Assembly: GCA_963706025.1 (NCBI GenBank)
Contig: CAVPLM010000005.1
Location: forward strand, 832,001 to 896,000
Origin: an uncultured Actinomycetes bacterium
GTDB lineage: Bacteria; Actinomycetota; Thermoleophilia; RBG-16-64-13
Reading direction: 5' to 3'
Length of the DNA: 64,000 bases
Shown here: positions 40,882-52,428 of the stretch, in pieces
How the letters are laid out: the number at the start of each line of letters is the position of its first letter
Position numbering within the stretch: the first letter of the stretch is position 1
Made by a program: the position numbers and the translations under genes
The notes under the pieces: model-generated
Seen by the model: the letters and a program-made list of their open reading frames with translations, nothing else
What the model was told of the DNA's origin: nothing
Databases searched by the model: none

Positions 40882-42444
40882 TCAGAATCCCCAGAAGACG
40901 GGGACGAGAAACACCCCCACCAGCCCGTAGAGCGCCAGCAGGGGAAGCCCCAGCTTCCAATAGTCGCCGAAGCGGTATCCGGCTGCTTCCATGGCCATGA
41001 GGTTGGCCGGGGTAGCCACAGGGGTGAGTAGCGCGGCTGCGGCGAACACCGCCACCGCCATAAGGATGGGCTTGGCAGACACTCCCATGTCCGCAGCGGC
41101 CGCCAAGCCGATCGGGATGACGATGAGGGCCGTCGCCATGTTGCTGATAAGCTGGCTAAGGACCGCCGTGATGACGAACAGACCGGCGAGCAGGGCATAG
41201 GGTCCGGCATCGCCCACGACCGCGACCAGGCCGTCGGCCAACTGCTCAGCAGCTCCGCTCTTGACCATGGCGGCCGAGAGCGACATCATCCCGGCCACGA
41301 GGATGACCGTCGTCCAGGCGATACCGCGGTAGGCCTGCTCAATGCTGATCACCCGAAGCACGATCATGGCGAGGGCGGCCAGCAGGCCCGCCACTGCGGC
41401 CGGTACGACCCCCGTCGCGAGCAACACGATCATCATCACCAGGACGGCGATGGCCCGTCTTGCCCCCGCTCCCAGAGGAACGGCCTGGCGACGCACGCGC
41501 TCGGGCGGATCCACTACCAGCACGTTCGGATCCTTGACTATCTCCTCCAGGGCATCCCATGTGCCCTGGAGGAGCAAGGCGTCGCCGACGGCCAGCTCGG
41601 TTTTGTCTCGGATCTCCCGGCCCTTCCGATGCACGGCCTTGACCACGAGCCGTCCGCTCTCGGTGAGCATCCCCGGATAGGCCAGGTCACCGATGAACAC
41701 GGACCGAGGCGGGATGACCACTTCGGCGGCTCCAAGCTCCTTGGTCATCACCACCCGCTCCTTAGCGTCCAACCCGTAATGCTCCGTGAGGATGTCGGCG
41801 TGGCCACCGAAGTCGCGGAGCACCTTGTCGGTCTTGCGCCGGGGTACCAGCCGGTGTCCAAACAGCAACACCACGCCGATGGTGCCGATGAGCAGGGGGA
41901 TCCCCACGAGGGCGAAGGAGAACAGGCCTATCCGACCCACACCGGCCGTTTCGGCGTAATCGTAGACGAGCAGGTTGACCGGTGATCCGGTGAGCATGAG
42001 AAGCGAGCCGGCGTGAGCGGCGAACGCAAGGGGCATAAGCAGCTCGGAGGGAGAACGCCTGGCCCGGACGGCCATCACGACCGCCACGGGTATGAGGGCC
42101 GCGACCGCTCCGTTGACGTTGATCAGCGCGGTCAGCGCTGCCACCATGAGCATGACCACCACCATCAGCCGCACCCGGCTCTCCCCGATGCGGGCCATGG
42201 CCTGCTCGCCGACCCAAGCGGTCACCCCCGCGGCGTCGAGACCCTCGCTCACCACGAAAAGGGCGGCGATGAAGAGCACCGTGGGGTCTCCGAAGCCGGC
42301 CAGGGCCTCACCCAGGTCCAGGACTCCGGTGGCCCAGAGGACCAGAGCCACCCCGGTCGCCACGACCGCCACCGGCAGGCGGTCGAGCATGAAGACCACC
42401 ACGGTCAACCCCAGGACTATGAGTGTGATGGTCGCGGCGCTCAA
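40882..42444 (-). CDS. SLC13-family permease with TrkA-C domain
   Basis: [68 protein letters not shown]. Confidence 0.88.
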   Translation of the reverse strand: MSAATITLIVLGLTVVVFMLDRLPVAVVATGVALVLWATGVLDLGEALAGFGDPTVLFIAALFVVSEGLDAAGVTAWVGEQAMARIGESRVRLMVVVMLMVAALTALINVNGAVAALIPVAVVMAVRARRSPSELLMPLAFAAHAGSLLMLTGSPVNLLVYDYAETAGVGRIGLFSFALVGIPLLIGTIGVVLLFGHRLVPRRKTDKVLRDFGGHADILTEHYGLDAKERVVMTKELGAAEVVIPPRSVFIGDLAYPGMLTESGRLVVKAVHRKGREIRDKTELAVGDALLLQGTWDALEEIVKDPNVLVVDPPERVRRQAVPLGAGARRAIAVLVMMIVLLATGVVPAAVAGLLAALAMIVLRVISIEQAYRGIAWTTVILVAGMMSLSAAMVKSGAAEQLADGLVAVVGDAGPYALLAGLFVITAVLSQLISNMATALIVIPIGLAAAADMGVSAKPILMAVAVFAAAALLTPVATPANLMAMEAAGYRFGDYWKLGLPLLALYGLVGVFLVPVFWGF

Positions 42445-42521
42445 CAGACCCGCTTCACCCCACCGGCAAGGCCGTGTTCAAGGCTTCTCCTTGGCCACCC
42501 GCCGAGTTTTGGCTCGTAGTA

Positions 42522-43884
42522 TCACAAATGCTCCGGCGGCGCAACAGACAGGCCGTGGCACCTCTTGAACTTCTTGCCGCTGCCGCACGGACAAGGATCG
42601 TTGCGCCCGGCGGCGGCGTAGCGCTGAGCCTCCTCCTCGGCGGCTCGCCGCTCTTCCTCGGCAAGGATGGCCATCACCCCGTCGGCCGGCCGGCCGCGCC
42701 GTAGCCGGTCGGCCATGATCCGCATCGGGTGGTCGGCGTGCTCGAAGAAGGCCTGGAGGCCTTCACAGAGCCAGTTGAGTCCCGGCTCGCCGTCCGGTGT
42801 GGTCAGCACCCGGTTCTTGGGGCACTCCCCGTGGCAGGTGAAGAGCCAGCGGCACTCGCGGCAGTAGCCGGGGAGCGTGTTCGTCTTGGCCGCGCCGAAC
42901 GCCCGCTGCTTGTCCGAGGCGACCAACTCCCCCAGGGGTGTTTCCAGGATGTTGCCCAGGAGATAGCCCGGCTCCACGTAGTGGTCGCAGGAATAGACGT
43001 CGCCGGTGTGCTCGAGGGCCAGCCCTTCACCACAGGTAGGACTGAGCACGCAGAGGCTGGAGTAGCCCCGCACGTAGGCGGCCAGCACCCCGTCGAAGAA
43101 CAGCACGAACATCTTGCCCACGTCGTGCCGGACCCATTCGTCGAAGATCTGGGTCAGGAAGCGCCCATACTGCCGCCCGTCCACCGACCGGTCGGTCACC
43201 GCCGTCCCTTCCTGGTCGCCGCTCTCGTTGTCGCGCTCGACGATGGGAATGAACTGGATGTATCGGGCCTCCAGCTCGTCGCGGAAGAAGCGGTAGACCT
43301 CGAGCGGATGTTGGCTGTTGACGGCGTTCACAGTGCAGAGGATGTTGAATTCCACCTGGTGTTCCTGCATCAGCCGCGACGGCCCCGACCACCTTGTCGA
43401 AAACCGAGCCGCCCCGCCTGTCGCGCCGGTAGGCATCGTGCAACTCCCGCGGACCGTCCAGGCTCAGGCCGACGAGGAAACCCTGCTCGCGCAGGAACTC
43501 GCACCACTCGTCATCAAGGAGGACGCCGTTGGTCTGGAGCGTGTTCTCCACTCGCACCCCGGGGGGCGCGTACTTCTTCTCCAGCTCGACCGCCTTGCGG
43601 AAGAAGTCGAGCCCCATGAGCGTCGGCTCGCCCCCCTGCCAGGCCATGGTCACCTCGGGCACCTGGTGCGCCTCGATGGTCTGGCGGATATACGCCTCGA
43701 GCACCTCGTCGGACATCCGGAAGGTGCTCCCCGGATAGAGCCGCTCCTTCTTCAGGAAGAAGCAGTAGGCGCAGTCGAGGTTGCAGCGCGCACCGGTGGG
43801 CTTCGCCATGACGTGGAAGGCATCCACCGTGCCGGTGCCGGCACTCATCGGTCTCAGAGGTTCATCAGGCTTTGGAGTCGGCAT
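42522..43884 (-). CDS. Anaerobic sulfatase-maturating enzyme (anSME, radical SAM/SPASM) with C-terminal SEC-C motif; extra base near 43378
   Basis: MAKPTGARCNLDCAYC, WQGGEPTL, LQTNG, YSCDHYV, CRECRW..CHGECPKNR, GRNDPCPCGSGKKFKRCH. Confidence 0.92.
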
Positions 43885-43989
43885 GTCACGGTGATGCTTC
43901 CCCCAGGTAGCCCCTCCCTAACCTTTTCCGCTCGACAGCTGCAAAGGCTTGATTTGATCCAGCGGCCGTATAGAAGGGGGCGTACCAAG

Positions 43990-44019
43990 CCGACGGCCGC
44001 CCCGCGGGGCGGCCGTCGG
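43990..44019. terminator. Hairpin downstream of the META gene
   Basis: CCGACGGCCGCCC-cgcg-GGGCGGCCGTCGG. Confidence 0.6.
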
Positions 44020-44041
44020 AAAGGGTGTAGTCGCAGCGAGG

Positions 44042-44845
44042 CTACTTGGCGACGTACTGGGCCAGCGCCGCCCCGCTCGCATCGCGCAGCCAGAGCTCGT
44101 CGCCGTCGATCGAATAGGTCGCCGTTTGTGGCAGTGCGGCCAGGTACGCGGCTTCCTGGGCCATCAACTCGTCGGGGCCCGCCATCTTGGTGCTCACGAT
44201 CTGAGCGTCGATAGTCATCTGGTCCTGCCCGGAGACGGTGTATTTGGTCGAGTACTGGTTGATGCCGGCATTGCCTGCCAGGCTGCCATCGGTCCCAAAG
44301 GTGGCTGTGATGGTGCTGTTCGCCGCGATCGACTGGAGGGCGCCCTTGCCGTTGTTGTAGGCAAGAGCCTGCCATTCTGTGCCGGTCAGCGAAGCTGGCT
44401 GTAATACTTCGTACTTCACCAGCACCTTGCCTTCGTCGTCCAGGAGCGTCAGAGCCGCGTCGCTGACTTCGTATGTGGCCGCCTTCTGTATCGCAGCAAA
44501 GTAGGCCGCCTCTTGGGCCATCGCGTCATCGGGGCCGGCCATCATGGTGCTCGCCAGCTCTCCGATCTGGATGGTGTTGCCGGGACCGGCCGTGTACGAG
44601 GCGCTGAAGCGGTTGACAGAACCGGAGCCTGCCACCGTGCCGGCGGCGAACCTGGCCGTGGCGGCACTACCCTTGGCAGTGAGCACCGACTCGACCCCCG
44701 CGATCTCGGTCGCTTTCCAGCTCTTGCCTTCGAGGGCCATCGAGTCGTCCGCCGTACTACCGCCGCCGCACCCGGTGACCGCTAGGAAGGTCAGCGCGAG
44801 TACCGCGGCGCCCATGATCGAAAGGACGGGCAGGGAACGCTTCAT
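44042..44845 (-). CDS. Lipoprotein with two META (HslJ-like) domains
   Basis: Lipobox VTGC; duplicated LxGxxW...G..G.N.(F/Y)...ST.MAGP...MAQEAAY; GGAGGT RBS. Confidence 0.85.
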   Translation of the reverse strand: MKRSLPVLSIMGAAVLALTFLAVTGCGGGSTADDSMALEGKSWKATEIAGVESVLTAKGSAATARFAAGTVAGSGSVNRFSASYTAGPGNTIQIGELASTMMAGPDDAMAQEAAYFAAIQKAATYEVSDAALTLLDDEGKVLVKYEVLQPASLTGTEWQALAYNNGKGALQSIAANSTITATFGTDGSLAGNAGINQYSTKYTVSGQDQMTIDAQIVSTKMAGPDELMAQEAAYLAALPQTATYSIDGDELWLRDASGAALAQYVAK

Positions 44846-45166
44846 CTCATACCTCCAGTACTGGATCAGCTTTCTGGCAATACGCCACAATGCAGTTATC
44901 GACCAGAATCCTTGGCACTCAGCGACGAGTCCGACCGTCGGACGGCGTGGCCGACTGCCCGGGTTCCAGATGGGCCGGCCAGCTTCGGCAGGCGGGGTCA
45001 TCACCCATCTCCGGCGCGTTAGTCGACAATCTTACCTCGCTGAGGCAGTTCTCAAACTACCGAGCACCCGGCGTCGGACTCGGCCGGCTTGCCTCCGGCC
45101 TGGCACAGCAGACTCTTTCGGTTCAATATGGAGCCGCATCATACCAGCCTTCAGGAAGGTGGGACT

Positions 45167-46108
45167 GTGGAGATCCTGAGCACACTATTCACGATGGTGC
45201 TTGTCGTCTTCGTCGTTTCGATGATGCTCGCCGCGGGGCTGAGCACCACCATAGCGGCTCTTGGGCGGATTTTTCGCAAGGTGTGGCTCGTGCTGCTGGT
45301 TCTGGTCGTCAACTTCGTCCTCGTCCCCCTGCTCGGGTGGGGCATCGCCGAGCTGCTCGCTCTTGCCACTCCCGCGTTTATCGCCCTCGTGCTTATCGCC
45401 TGTTCTCCAGGGGCACCATTCGGGACGAAGGTTGCGGTCATGCAGCGGGGCGACGTCGTGACCGCCGGTGCCCTCCAGGTGCTCATGGCGGCTCTCGGCA
45501 GTGTTACGTTTCCGTTCACCGCGAACTGGATCATCTCCAACGCGGGTCTGGGAGCTGGCGTCTCCCTTCCCGTCTCTCGGCTGGTAGGGACGGTGGTAGT
45601 ACTGCAGCTCGTTCCCTTCGTGGTGGGCTTGGCAGTTCGAAACTGGGCTCCCCAGATGGCCGGGGGCTGGCTGAAGACCAGCGCCAGAGTCTCGAGCATT
45701 GCCTTCTTCGCCGTCGTGGCCGGTGCCCTGCTCGGGGGTTGGCGGGAGATAGTGGACCTGGTCGGATCAAAGGCGTTGCTGGGAGCCATAATCCTCGCAG
45801 TCCTCGCCATCGCTCTCGGCACCTTTCTTGCCCCGGGCAACACAAAGCAAAGGACCACGGTCGGCCTGCTCGCGCCCATGCGTAATGCCGGTCCGGTGTT
45901 CGCCGCCATCGGGATCGGATTCGACAACGACCCGGCTATCCTCGGAGCAGCTACAGCCCTATTGCTGGTGATGACCGTTGTAGGCATCCTCTTCGCCTCC
46001 TTCTTGGCGCGCAGAAGGCCCCTTCCGGAAGACGAGCCCTCTCCCTTGCCACCCGAGGAGGAAGGGGTGGCGTCTGTCGAGCCCCATGTCGAGAACCTCG
46101 AGGGCTGA
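45167..46108 (+). CDS. Bile acid:sodium symporter (BASS/SBF) family protein
   Basis: MLAAGLS, NFVLVP, LIACSPGAP, QLVP, MRNAG. Confidence 0.8.
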   Translation: MEILSTLFTMVLVVFVVSMMLAAGLSTTIAALGRIFRKVWLVLLVLVVNFVLVPLLGWGIAELLALATPAFIALVLIACSPGAPFGTKVAVMQRGDVVTAGALQVLMAALGSVTFPFTANWIISNAGLGAGVSLPVSRLVGTVVVLQLVPFVVGLAVRNWAPQMAGGWLKTSARVSSIAFFAVVAGALLGGWREIVDLVGSKALLGAIILAVLAIALGTFLAPGNTKQRTTVGLLAPMRNAGPVFAAIGIGFDNDPAILGAATALLLVMTVVGILFASFLARRRPLPEDEPSPLPPEEEGVASVEPHVENLEG

Positions 46109-46138
46109 TCGTGCCGCTCGTCGGGGCCCCGAACGCCG

Positions 46139-46165
46139 GGATTACCGTTCAGGACCGCCGGGTAA
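46139..46165 (+). promoter_or_regulatory. SigF/SigB-type promoter candidate for sulfatase 2
   Basis: GGATT-N16-GGGTAA about 80 bp upstream of ATG 46244. Confidence 0.55.
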
Positions 46166-46243
46166 AGGAGACCAGCGAGCACCCGGCTAAGCGTCCTGGT
46201 CGCTACGCAGAGTCTTATTTCGAGAGTGAACGGAGGCATGCGC

Positions 46244-48598
46244 ATGGCACTGAGAGAATACGAGCCCGGGACCGCGTTCAACGGCGTGATCGGGCGGACA
46301 TACGACACCTCGGAGCCCGCCTGGCCCAAGCCGCTGCGGGCCAAGGAGGGTGCGCCCAACGTCCTCTTCATCGTCCTCGACGACATGGGCTTCGGTCAAC
46401 TCGGTTGCTTCGGCAGTCCCATCGAGACCCCCAACCTCGACGGCCTGGCGGCCGGGGGTCTTCTCTACAACAACATGCACACGACGGCGCTCTGCTCACC
46501 GACCCGGTCGTGCATCCTCACCGGGCGAAACCACCACTCGAACGCTATGGCCTGCATCACTGAAGGCTCCACCGGCTACCCCGGCTCGAACGGGTACATC
46601 CCCTTCGAGAACGGCTTTCTGTCGGAGATGCTTCTCCAGCACGGCTACAACACCTACGCCATCGGTAAGTGGCATCTCACCCCCGCCGATCAGATCTCGG
46701 CCGCCGGCCCCTACGACCGTTGGCCCTTGGGCCGCGGCTTTGAGCGTTTCTACGGCTTCCTGGGGGGTGAGACCCACCAGTACTACCCAGACCTCGTCTT
46801 CGACAATCACCAGGTCGAGCCACCGAAGACGCCCGAAGAGGGCTACCACCTCACCGAGGACCTGGTCGACACGGCCGTATCGTTCATCGCCGACTCGAAG
46901 CAGGTGGCACCCGACAAGCCGTTCTTCCTCTACTTCGCTCCCGGAGCCATGCACGCGCCGCATCACGTGCGCAAGGAGTGGTCGGACCGGTACAAGGGCA
47001 CGTTCGACGACGGGTGGGACGCATACCGGGAGAAGACCTTCGCCAGGCAGAAGGAGCTCGGCGTGATCCCGCCGAACGCCGAACTCTCGCGCCACGACCC
47101 CGACGTCAAGCCCTGGAAGGACTGTTCCCCTGAGGAGCAGAAGCTCTACGCCCGGATGATGGAGGTCTTCGCCGGTTTCCTCAGCCACACCGACCACCAC
47201 ATCGGCCGGCTGCTGGAGTTCCTCAAGAGCATCGGGGAATTCGACAACACCCTCATCATGGTCATCTCCGACAACGGCGCCTCGTCCGAGGGCGGCCCTA
47301 CCGGGTCTGTGAACGAGACCCTGTTCTTCAACAACGTCCCCGAGTCGCTCGACGAGAACCTGCGGCTGATAGACGACCTGGGTGAGCCGACGACGTTCAA
47401 CCACTATGCCTGGGGCTGGACCTGGGCCGGCGACACCCCCTTCCGCCGCTGGAAGCGGGAGACCTACCGGGGCGGGACCAGCGACCCGTTCATAGTCCAC
47501 TGGCCTGCCGGGATCGCCGCACGAGGCGAGGTGCGGACCCAGTACGCGCACGCTATCGACATGATGCCGACGGTGCTCGACGCGCTCGGCATCGAGCCTC
47601 CCGCGACCATCCGGGGCGTCGCCCAGTCTCCGCTGGAGGGCGTCTCCTTCGCGCACACCCTCGACGACGCCCAGGCGCAGAGCAGGCGCCACACCCAGTA
47701 CTTCGAGATGCTGGGCCATCGCGCCATCTACCACGACGGCTGGCGGGCGGTCTGTCCGTGGCCGGGCCCGTCGTTCACTGAGTCGGGGATGCCGTTCGGC
47801 GCTCCCATCACCGCCGACACGCTAACCGAGCTCGACGCCAAGGCCTGGGAGCTCTACCACGTCGACGAAGACTGGGCCGAGAACCACAACATCGCCGCCG
47901 AGAACCGGGCGAAGCTCATAGAGATGATCGCCACGTGGTACGTCGAAGCGGGCAGGTACAAGGTCATGCCGGTGGACGGCCGCGGCGTGCAGCGCTTTGC
48001 CGACGAGCGACCGCAGCTCACCGCCGACCGCAGCACCTACACGTTCTACCCGGGGACGCAGGCGGTGCCGTGGAATGCCGGCCCGCGGCTCCTCAACCGG
48101 ACGCACAGCATCACCGCCGATGTGGACATCCCGCCGGGCGGGGCCGAGGGGGCGCTGCTCTCCTTCGGGGGCAACGACGCAGGCTGCTGCCTGTACGTGC
48201 AGGATGGGACGCTGAAGTACGTGCAGAACTACGTCGCCCGCGAATACCTATGCGTCGAGTCGAAGGAGACCGTGCCCGAGGGTCGCCACAGCCTCCGCTT
48301 CGAGTTCGAGGTCACCGGGCCGCCGGACATCGCCGCGGGCAAAGGCACCCCGGGGCGGGCGCAGCTCTACATCGACGGCAGACTCGTGGGACAAGCCGAC
48401 TTCCCATACACGGTCCCGATCGCCATGGGAATCACGGGCGGATGGTCCGTGGGCGCCGATCCCGGGGCGCCGGTAGCTCCGTTCTACGATCCTCCGTTCG
48501 CGTTCACCGGCACCATCTACAGCGTCACGATCGATCTGAGCGGAGAGGTGATCAAAGACGACGAGGCCGAGTTCAAGATGCAAATGGCCCGGCAGTGA
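46244..48598 (+). CDS. Arylsulfatase (long AtsA-like type, CSPTR motif)
   Basis: APNVLFIVLDDMG, LCSPTRSCILTGRN, GKWHL, HAPHH, ISDNGAS; C-terminal beta-sandwich extension; no signal peptide seen. Confidence 0.93.
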   Translation: MALREYEPGTAFNGVIGRTYDTSEPAWPKPLRAKEGAPNVLFIVLDDMGFGQLGCFGSPIETPNLDGLAAGGLLYNNMHTTALCSPTRSCILTGRNHHSNAMACITEGSTGYPGSNGYIPFENGFLSEMLLQHGYNTYAIGKWHLTPADQISAAGPYDRWPLGRGFERFYGFLGGETHQYYPDLVFDNHQVEPPKTPEEGYHLTEDLVDTAVSFIADSKQVAPDKPFFLYFAPGAMHAPHHVRKEWSDRYKGTFDDGWDAYREKTFARQKELGVIPPNAELSRHDPDVKPWKDCSPEEQKLYARMMEVFAGFLSHTDHHIGRLLEFLKSIGEFDNTLIMVISDNGASSEGGPTGSVNETLFFNNVPESLDENLRLIDDLGEPTTFNHYAWGWTWAGDTPFRRWKRETYRGGTSDPFIVHWPAGIAARGEVRTQYAHAIDMMPTVLDALGIEPPATIRGVAQSPLEGVSFAHTLDDAQAQSRRHTQYFEMLGHRAIYHDGWRAVCPWPGPSFTESGMPFGAPITADTLTELDAKAWELYHVDEDWAENHNIAAENRAKLIEMIATWYVEAGRYKVMPVDGRGVQRFADERPQLTADRSTYTFYPGTQAVPWNAGPRLLNRTHSITADVDIPPGGAEGALLSFGGNDAGCCLYVQDGTLKYVQNYVAREYLCVESKETVPEGRHSLRFEFEVTGPPDIAAGKGTPGRAQLYIDGRLVGQADFPYTVPIAMGITGGWSVGADPGAPVAPFYDPPFAFTGTIYSVTIDLSGEVIKDDEAEFKMQMARQ

Positions 48599-48725
48599 GG
48601 TTTCGTCAAGCTTCCCTGTCCTAAACCCGCGCGCCCGGTCTCGGTCTGGAGACCCCTAGAGATGCCCCGCCCGGCCAGGGAAGCGGGGAATCGTAGGCCG
48701 ATCGTGGGCGAGTAACTCAGGCAGG

Positions 48726-49137
48726 CTACTCAGCGCGGCGGGCCCTGGCTCTTTCGGGCAGGATCCGCCTGCGCCCCTGGAGAACGATGTAGGCGCTCAT
48801 CGCCGCCGCCATCGACAGGCTGACGATCCTGACCGGCAGGTTGGGAGCGAACAACAGGGCTGAAATGGCGGCCGTAAGCCATGACGACGCGATCAGAGCG
48901 GTCTTGATGGGAAGCGACAAGCGCCGGCCCTGCGCCATCTGGGTGACGTACCTCCCGAAGAGCCTGTTCGTCGTGAGCCAGGGGTGGCATCGTTCGGAGC
49001 TGCGTGCGTAGCAGTACGCGCTCAAGAGAAGAACGGCGTCGTGGGCATCACCGGCAGGATGGCACCGATGACGGCCAGCAAACAGCGAACGATCCGCCCA
49101 GAAGGAGGAGGGTCCGTTTCGCACCCTTTGTGCGCAT
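48726..49137 (-). CDS. YbaN/DUF454-family inner membrane protein; two missing bases (~49080, ~49030)
   Basis: Reconstructed MRTKGAKRTLLLLGGSFAV/LLAVIGAILPVMPTTPFF/LLSAYCYARSSER...NRLFG. Confidence 0.75.
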
Positions 49138-49416
49138 GTCTTCTGCCCGGGTGCTCATGTAATGCTCGTGATTCTGTTCATCGGTCGTCTATAGGGACGG
49201 TCGCGATGCTCCAAATGGTTCCCTCGGCGCCGGATCTACGCTTCCTTCATCGGCTCGAGGCGCCTGGTCCCCAAGAAGGCGCCTGCACCATCAATGGACC
49301 AAGTACGGTCTGGCGCCGGGAGAAGTGTGTGGTAATAAGGAGGAAGTCGGCGCCGGAGGGGCAGCGCTTCTCCGCCGTGCCCAGTCGGTCGAGGGCCCGA
49401 GAAGCGAGGAGTGCTC

Positions 49417-50666
49417 ATGAGCCCGGACGAAGCAGCACCAGCTCCCGCCCCGCCGGAGGATCCCGCACTGTCAGACGATCCGGCCTGCGCGACCAGTCGG
49501 CCGAGGAAGCCGGGCTCGCGCAGGCCGCGACCGATGCCGGCTCGGTGACCGGAGCGGTCGGGCGCAGCCGCAGCCTCATCGGAAGCCCGACCGGACTGCT
49601 CCTCGCCCTGGCGGGCGTCATCATCACCATCTACGGCATGCGTTACGCCGCCAGCATCCTGAACCCCATACTGCTGGCGCTGTTCCTGGCCATGGGCATG
49701 AGCCCGATGATTCACTGGTTGCGCCGCAAGGGATTACCTCCCTGGGCGACCCTGGCCGTAGTGCTGGCCATCTTCGTCGTCGTCGTTCTGTTGTTCTTGG
49801 CCATAACGGCCGGTGCGCTCACTCAGTTGGACGACAAGCTGCCCGTCTACAAGGCGAACCTGGCAGAGATGATGGCCGACGTCCAGGCGTGGTTCGCAGA
49901 CCGCGGCATCGACATCAGCGGGCTCACCTCTGGGTCGCTCGAACCCGCCAGCCTGGTCGAGGGCGGTGGCAAGCTCATCAAGGGGGCGATCAACGCGCTG
50001 TCCAGCATCGGGCTCATGATCTTCATCGTCCTCTTCATGGTCTCCGAGGTCTTCTCATTCCCCCGAAAGCTCACGGACAAGGTCAAGATGCCCGCCAATT
50101 TCCGGCGGTCTCTCGACAACTTCAGCAGTACCACCCGGTCCTACCTTTTCACCAAAGCCTGGCTATCGGCCATCATGACGGTCGTCGTGGTGCTCATCTA
50201 CTACGCTTTCGGTACGGACTTCGCCTTGCTTTGGGGATTGCTGTTCTTCGTCATGAGCTTCATTCCCAACATCGGCTTCGTGCTCGCGGTGATCCCCCCG
50301 TTCTTCGTCACGCTGCTCGAATCCGGCTTCTGGCCGGCCTTTGCCGTGTTGATGCTGGTGATCGTGGCCAACACCATCGTTGACAGCGTCATCTCCCCTC
50401 ATATCATGGGCAAGAGCGTGGGGCTTTCGTCTCTCATGGTCTTCCTCTCCCTGATGGTGTGGGGCTGGGCGCTGGGAGGCATCGGAGCCCTGATCGCCGT
50501 GCCCATGACGCTGATGGTGAAGCTCTTGTTCTTCGATTCCTTCGAAAGCACCCGCCCCATATCGGAGTTCATGGCGAGCAGCCCGCTCGAGGAGCACCGC
50601 AAGCGCAAGCGCGAGAAGAAGGCGGCGGCCGCGGCGGGTGCAGGCGGATCAGGCGAAGGCGACTGA
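49417..50666 (+). CDS. AI-2E family transporter (paralog 2); indel near 49488
   Basis: GAGGAG RBS + ATG 49417 (MSPDEAAP, matching paralog 3 MSSDEAAP); body ILNPILLALF, FIPNIG, WGWALGGIGALIAVP. Confidence 0.88.
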
Positions 50667-50696
50667 CAGGCCGACCACAGGAAGAGAGGAGTGCCC

Positions 50697-51918
50697 ATGA
50701 GCTCGGACGAAGCAGCACCGCCTCCCGCCCTGCCGGAAGATCTCGCTACGGAAGGCCCGCCGGCCGAGGAAGACGGGCTCGTGGACACCGCCACCGAGGC
50801 CGGCTCGGCGACCGAAGCGGCGGGGCGCAGCCGCAACCTCATCGGCAGCCCGACGGGGCTACTACTCGCCCTGGCGGGCGTCGTCGTGATCATCTACGGC
50901 ATGCGTTACGCCGCCGGCATCCTCAACCCCATACTGCTGGCGTTGTTCCTGGTCATGGGCATCAGCCCGTTCATACACTGGTTGCGTCGCAAGGGGCTGC
51001 CCCCCTGGGCGACGCTGGCCGTGGTGCTCGTCTTGTTCGTCGTCATCATTCTCTTGTTCGTTGTCATCGCCGCCGGCTCCCTCACCCAGTTGGACGAGAA
51101 GCTGCCCGTCTACAAGGAGAACCTGAGCGAGATGACGGCCGACGCCCAAGCCTGGTTCAGTGAACAGGGCATCGACATCAGCGGCCTCACCTCCGGCGCT
51201 CGATCCCGCCAACCTCGTCGACAACGTCGGCAGCCTCATAAAGGGTGCGATCAACGCGCTCACCAACATAGGGCTCATGATCTTCATCGTCCTCTTCATG
51301 ATCTCCGAGATCTTCACGTTCCCTCGGAAGCTGACGGACAGGGTCAAGTTGAGCGCCAACTTCCGGCGGTCTCTCGACAACTTCAGCGAGACTACCCGCG
51401 GGTACCTTTTCACGAAGGCCTGGCTGGCCGCCATCATGACGGTCATCGTGGCGATCATCTACTACGCGTTCGGGGTGGACTTCGCCTTGCTCTGGGCCCT
51501 GCTCTTCTTCGTCATGAGCTTCGTTCCCAACATCGGCTTCGTGCTCGCGGTCATCCCCCCGTTCTTAGTCACCCTACTTGAATCCGGCTTGTGGACGGCC
51601 GTCGTCGTGCTGGTCCTGGTGATCATCTTCAACACCATCGTGGATAGCCTCATAGGCCCTCATTTCATGAGCAAGAGCGTCGGGCTTTCGACTCTCATGG
51701 TCTTCCTCTCTCTGATCCTGTGGGCCTGGGTTCTGGGAGGGGTCGGAGCCCTGATCGCCGTGCCGATGACACTGATGGTGAAGCTGCTGTTCTTCGATTC
51801 CTACGAAAGCACCCGACCCCTGTCGGAGTTCATGTCGCGGAGTCCGCTGGAGGAGCACCGCAAACGGAAGCGTCGTAAGAAAGCTGAGAAGGCCGCGGCA
51901 GCTGAGGGGTCTGGCTAG
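50697..51918 (+). CDS. AI-2E family transporter (paralog 3, tandem duplicate); 2-nt gap near 51197
   Basis: Aligns closely with paralog 2; GLTSG/ALDPANLV junction shows the indel. Confidence 0.88.
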
Positions 51919-51982
51919 GGCCGGGGGGATACCGGGTCCCAGCTGAGGCGCGTCGTGGCGCCCTCTTCCATCCGCAAGAAAC

Positions 51983-52018
51983 GCGGCCCGCCGGCCCGAT
52001 CAGGGGCCGGCGGGCCGC
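51983..52018. terminator. Hairpin between convergent genes
   Basis: GCGGCCCGCCGGCCC-gatcag-GGGCCGGCGGGCCGC. Confidence 0.7.
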
Positions 52019-52053
52019 ATCAGAAGGTGCGGGCGGTTACGGGTCCCGCGGGT

Positions 52054-52428
52054 CTACTCCTCGACGGGATTCTTGACCACTATGAAGGCGATCAGAACCA
52101 GCACATAGACGGCGAGCATGATCGCGGACCAGATCGGATAGACAGGGAGCATGAAGAACTCGGACACCGCAGCAACGGAAGCAGCGATGATACCGATGAC
52201 GCGCCCCCAGGTCCTACCCGTCATGGCCGCCATCCCGGCCAGGACGAGGAGCGCCCCGATGATCAGCCACCAGACAGCGAGTCCGGTTATGTCGACAAGC
52301 ATGTAACCGTTGTAGCCCAGTACGATCCACTCGTCTCTGAACAGGCCGATGATCCCGGTAATGAATTTGAATGCGCCCACGATCATCATCAGGATCGAAC
52401 CGAGCGCGTACCAACCCCTCCACCTCAT
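52054..52428 (-). CDS. Small 4-TM actinobacterial-type membrane protein (DUF7144-like)
   Basis: GW..LGSILMMIVGAF..ITGI, WGRVIGII.A, FFMLPVYPIWS. Confidence 0.7.
   Translation of the reverse strand: MRWRGWYALGSILMMIVGAFKFITGIIGLFRDEWIVLGYNGYMLVDITGLAVWWLIIGALLVLAGMAAMTGRTWGRVIGIIAASVAAVSEFFMLPVYPIWSAIMLAVYVLVLIAFIVVKNPVEE

Noticed and set aside
10844-43884. RiPP cluster suggested by three radical SAM enzymes
   Set aside because: One is anSME and one is PflX-like; no precursor peptide, RRE or peptidase-transporter next to any of them
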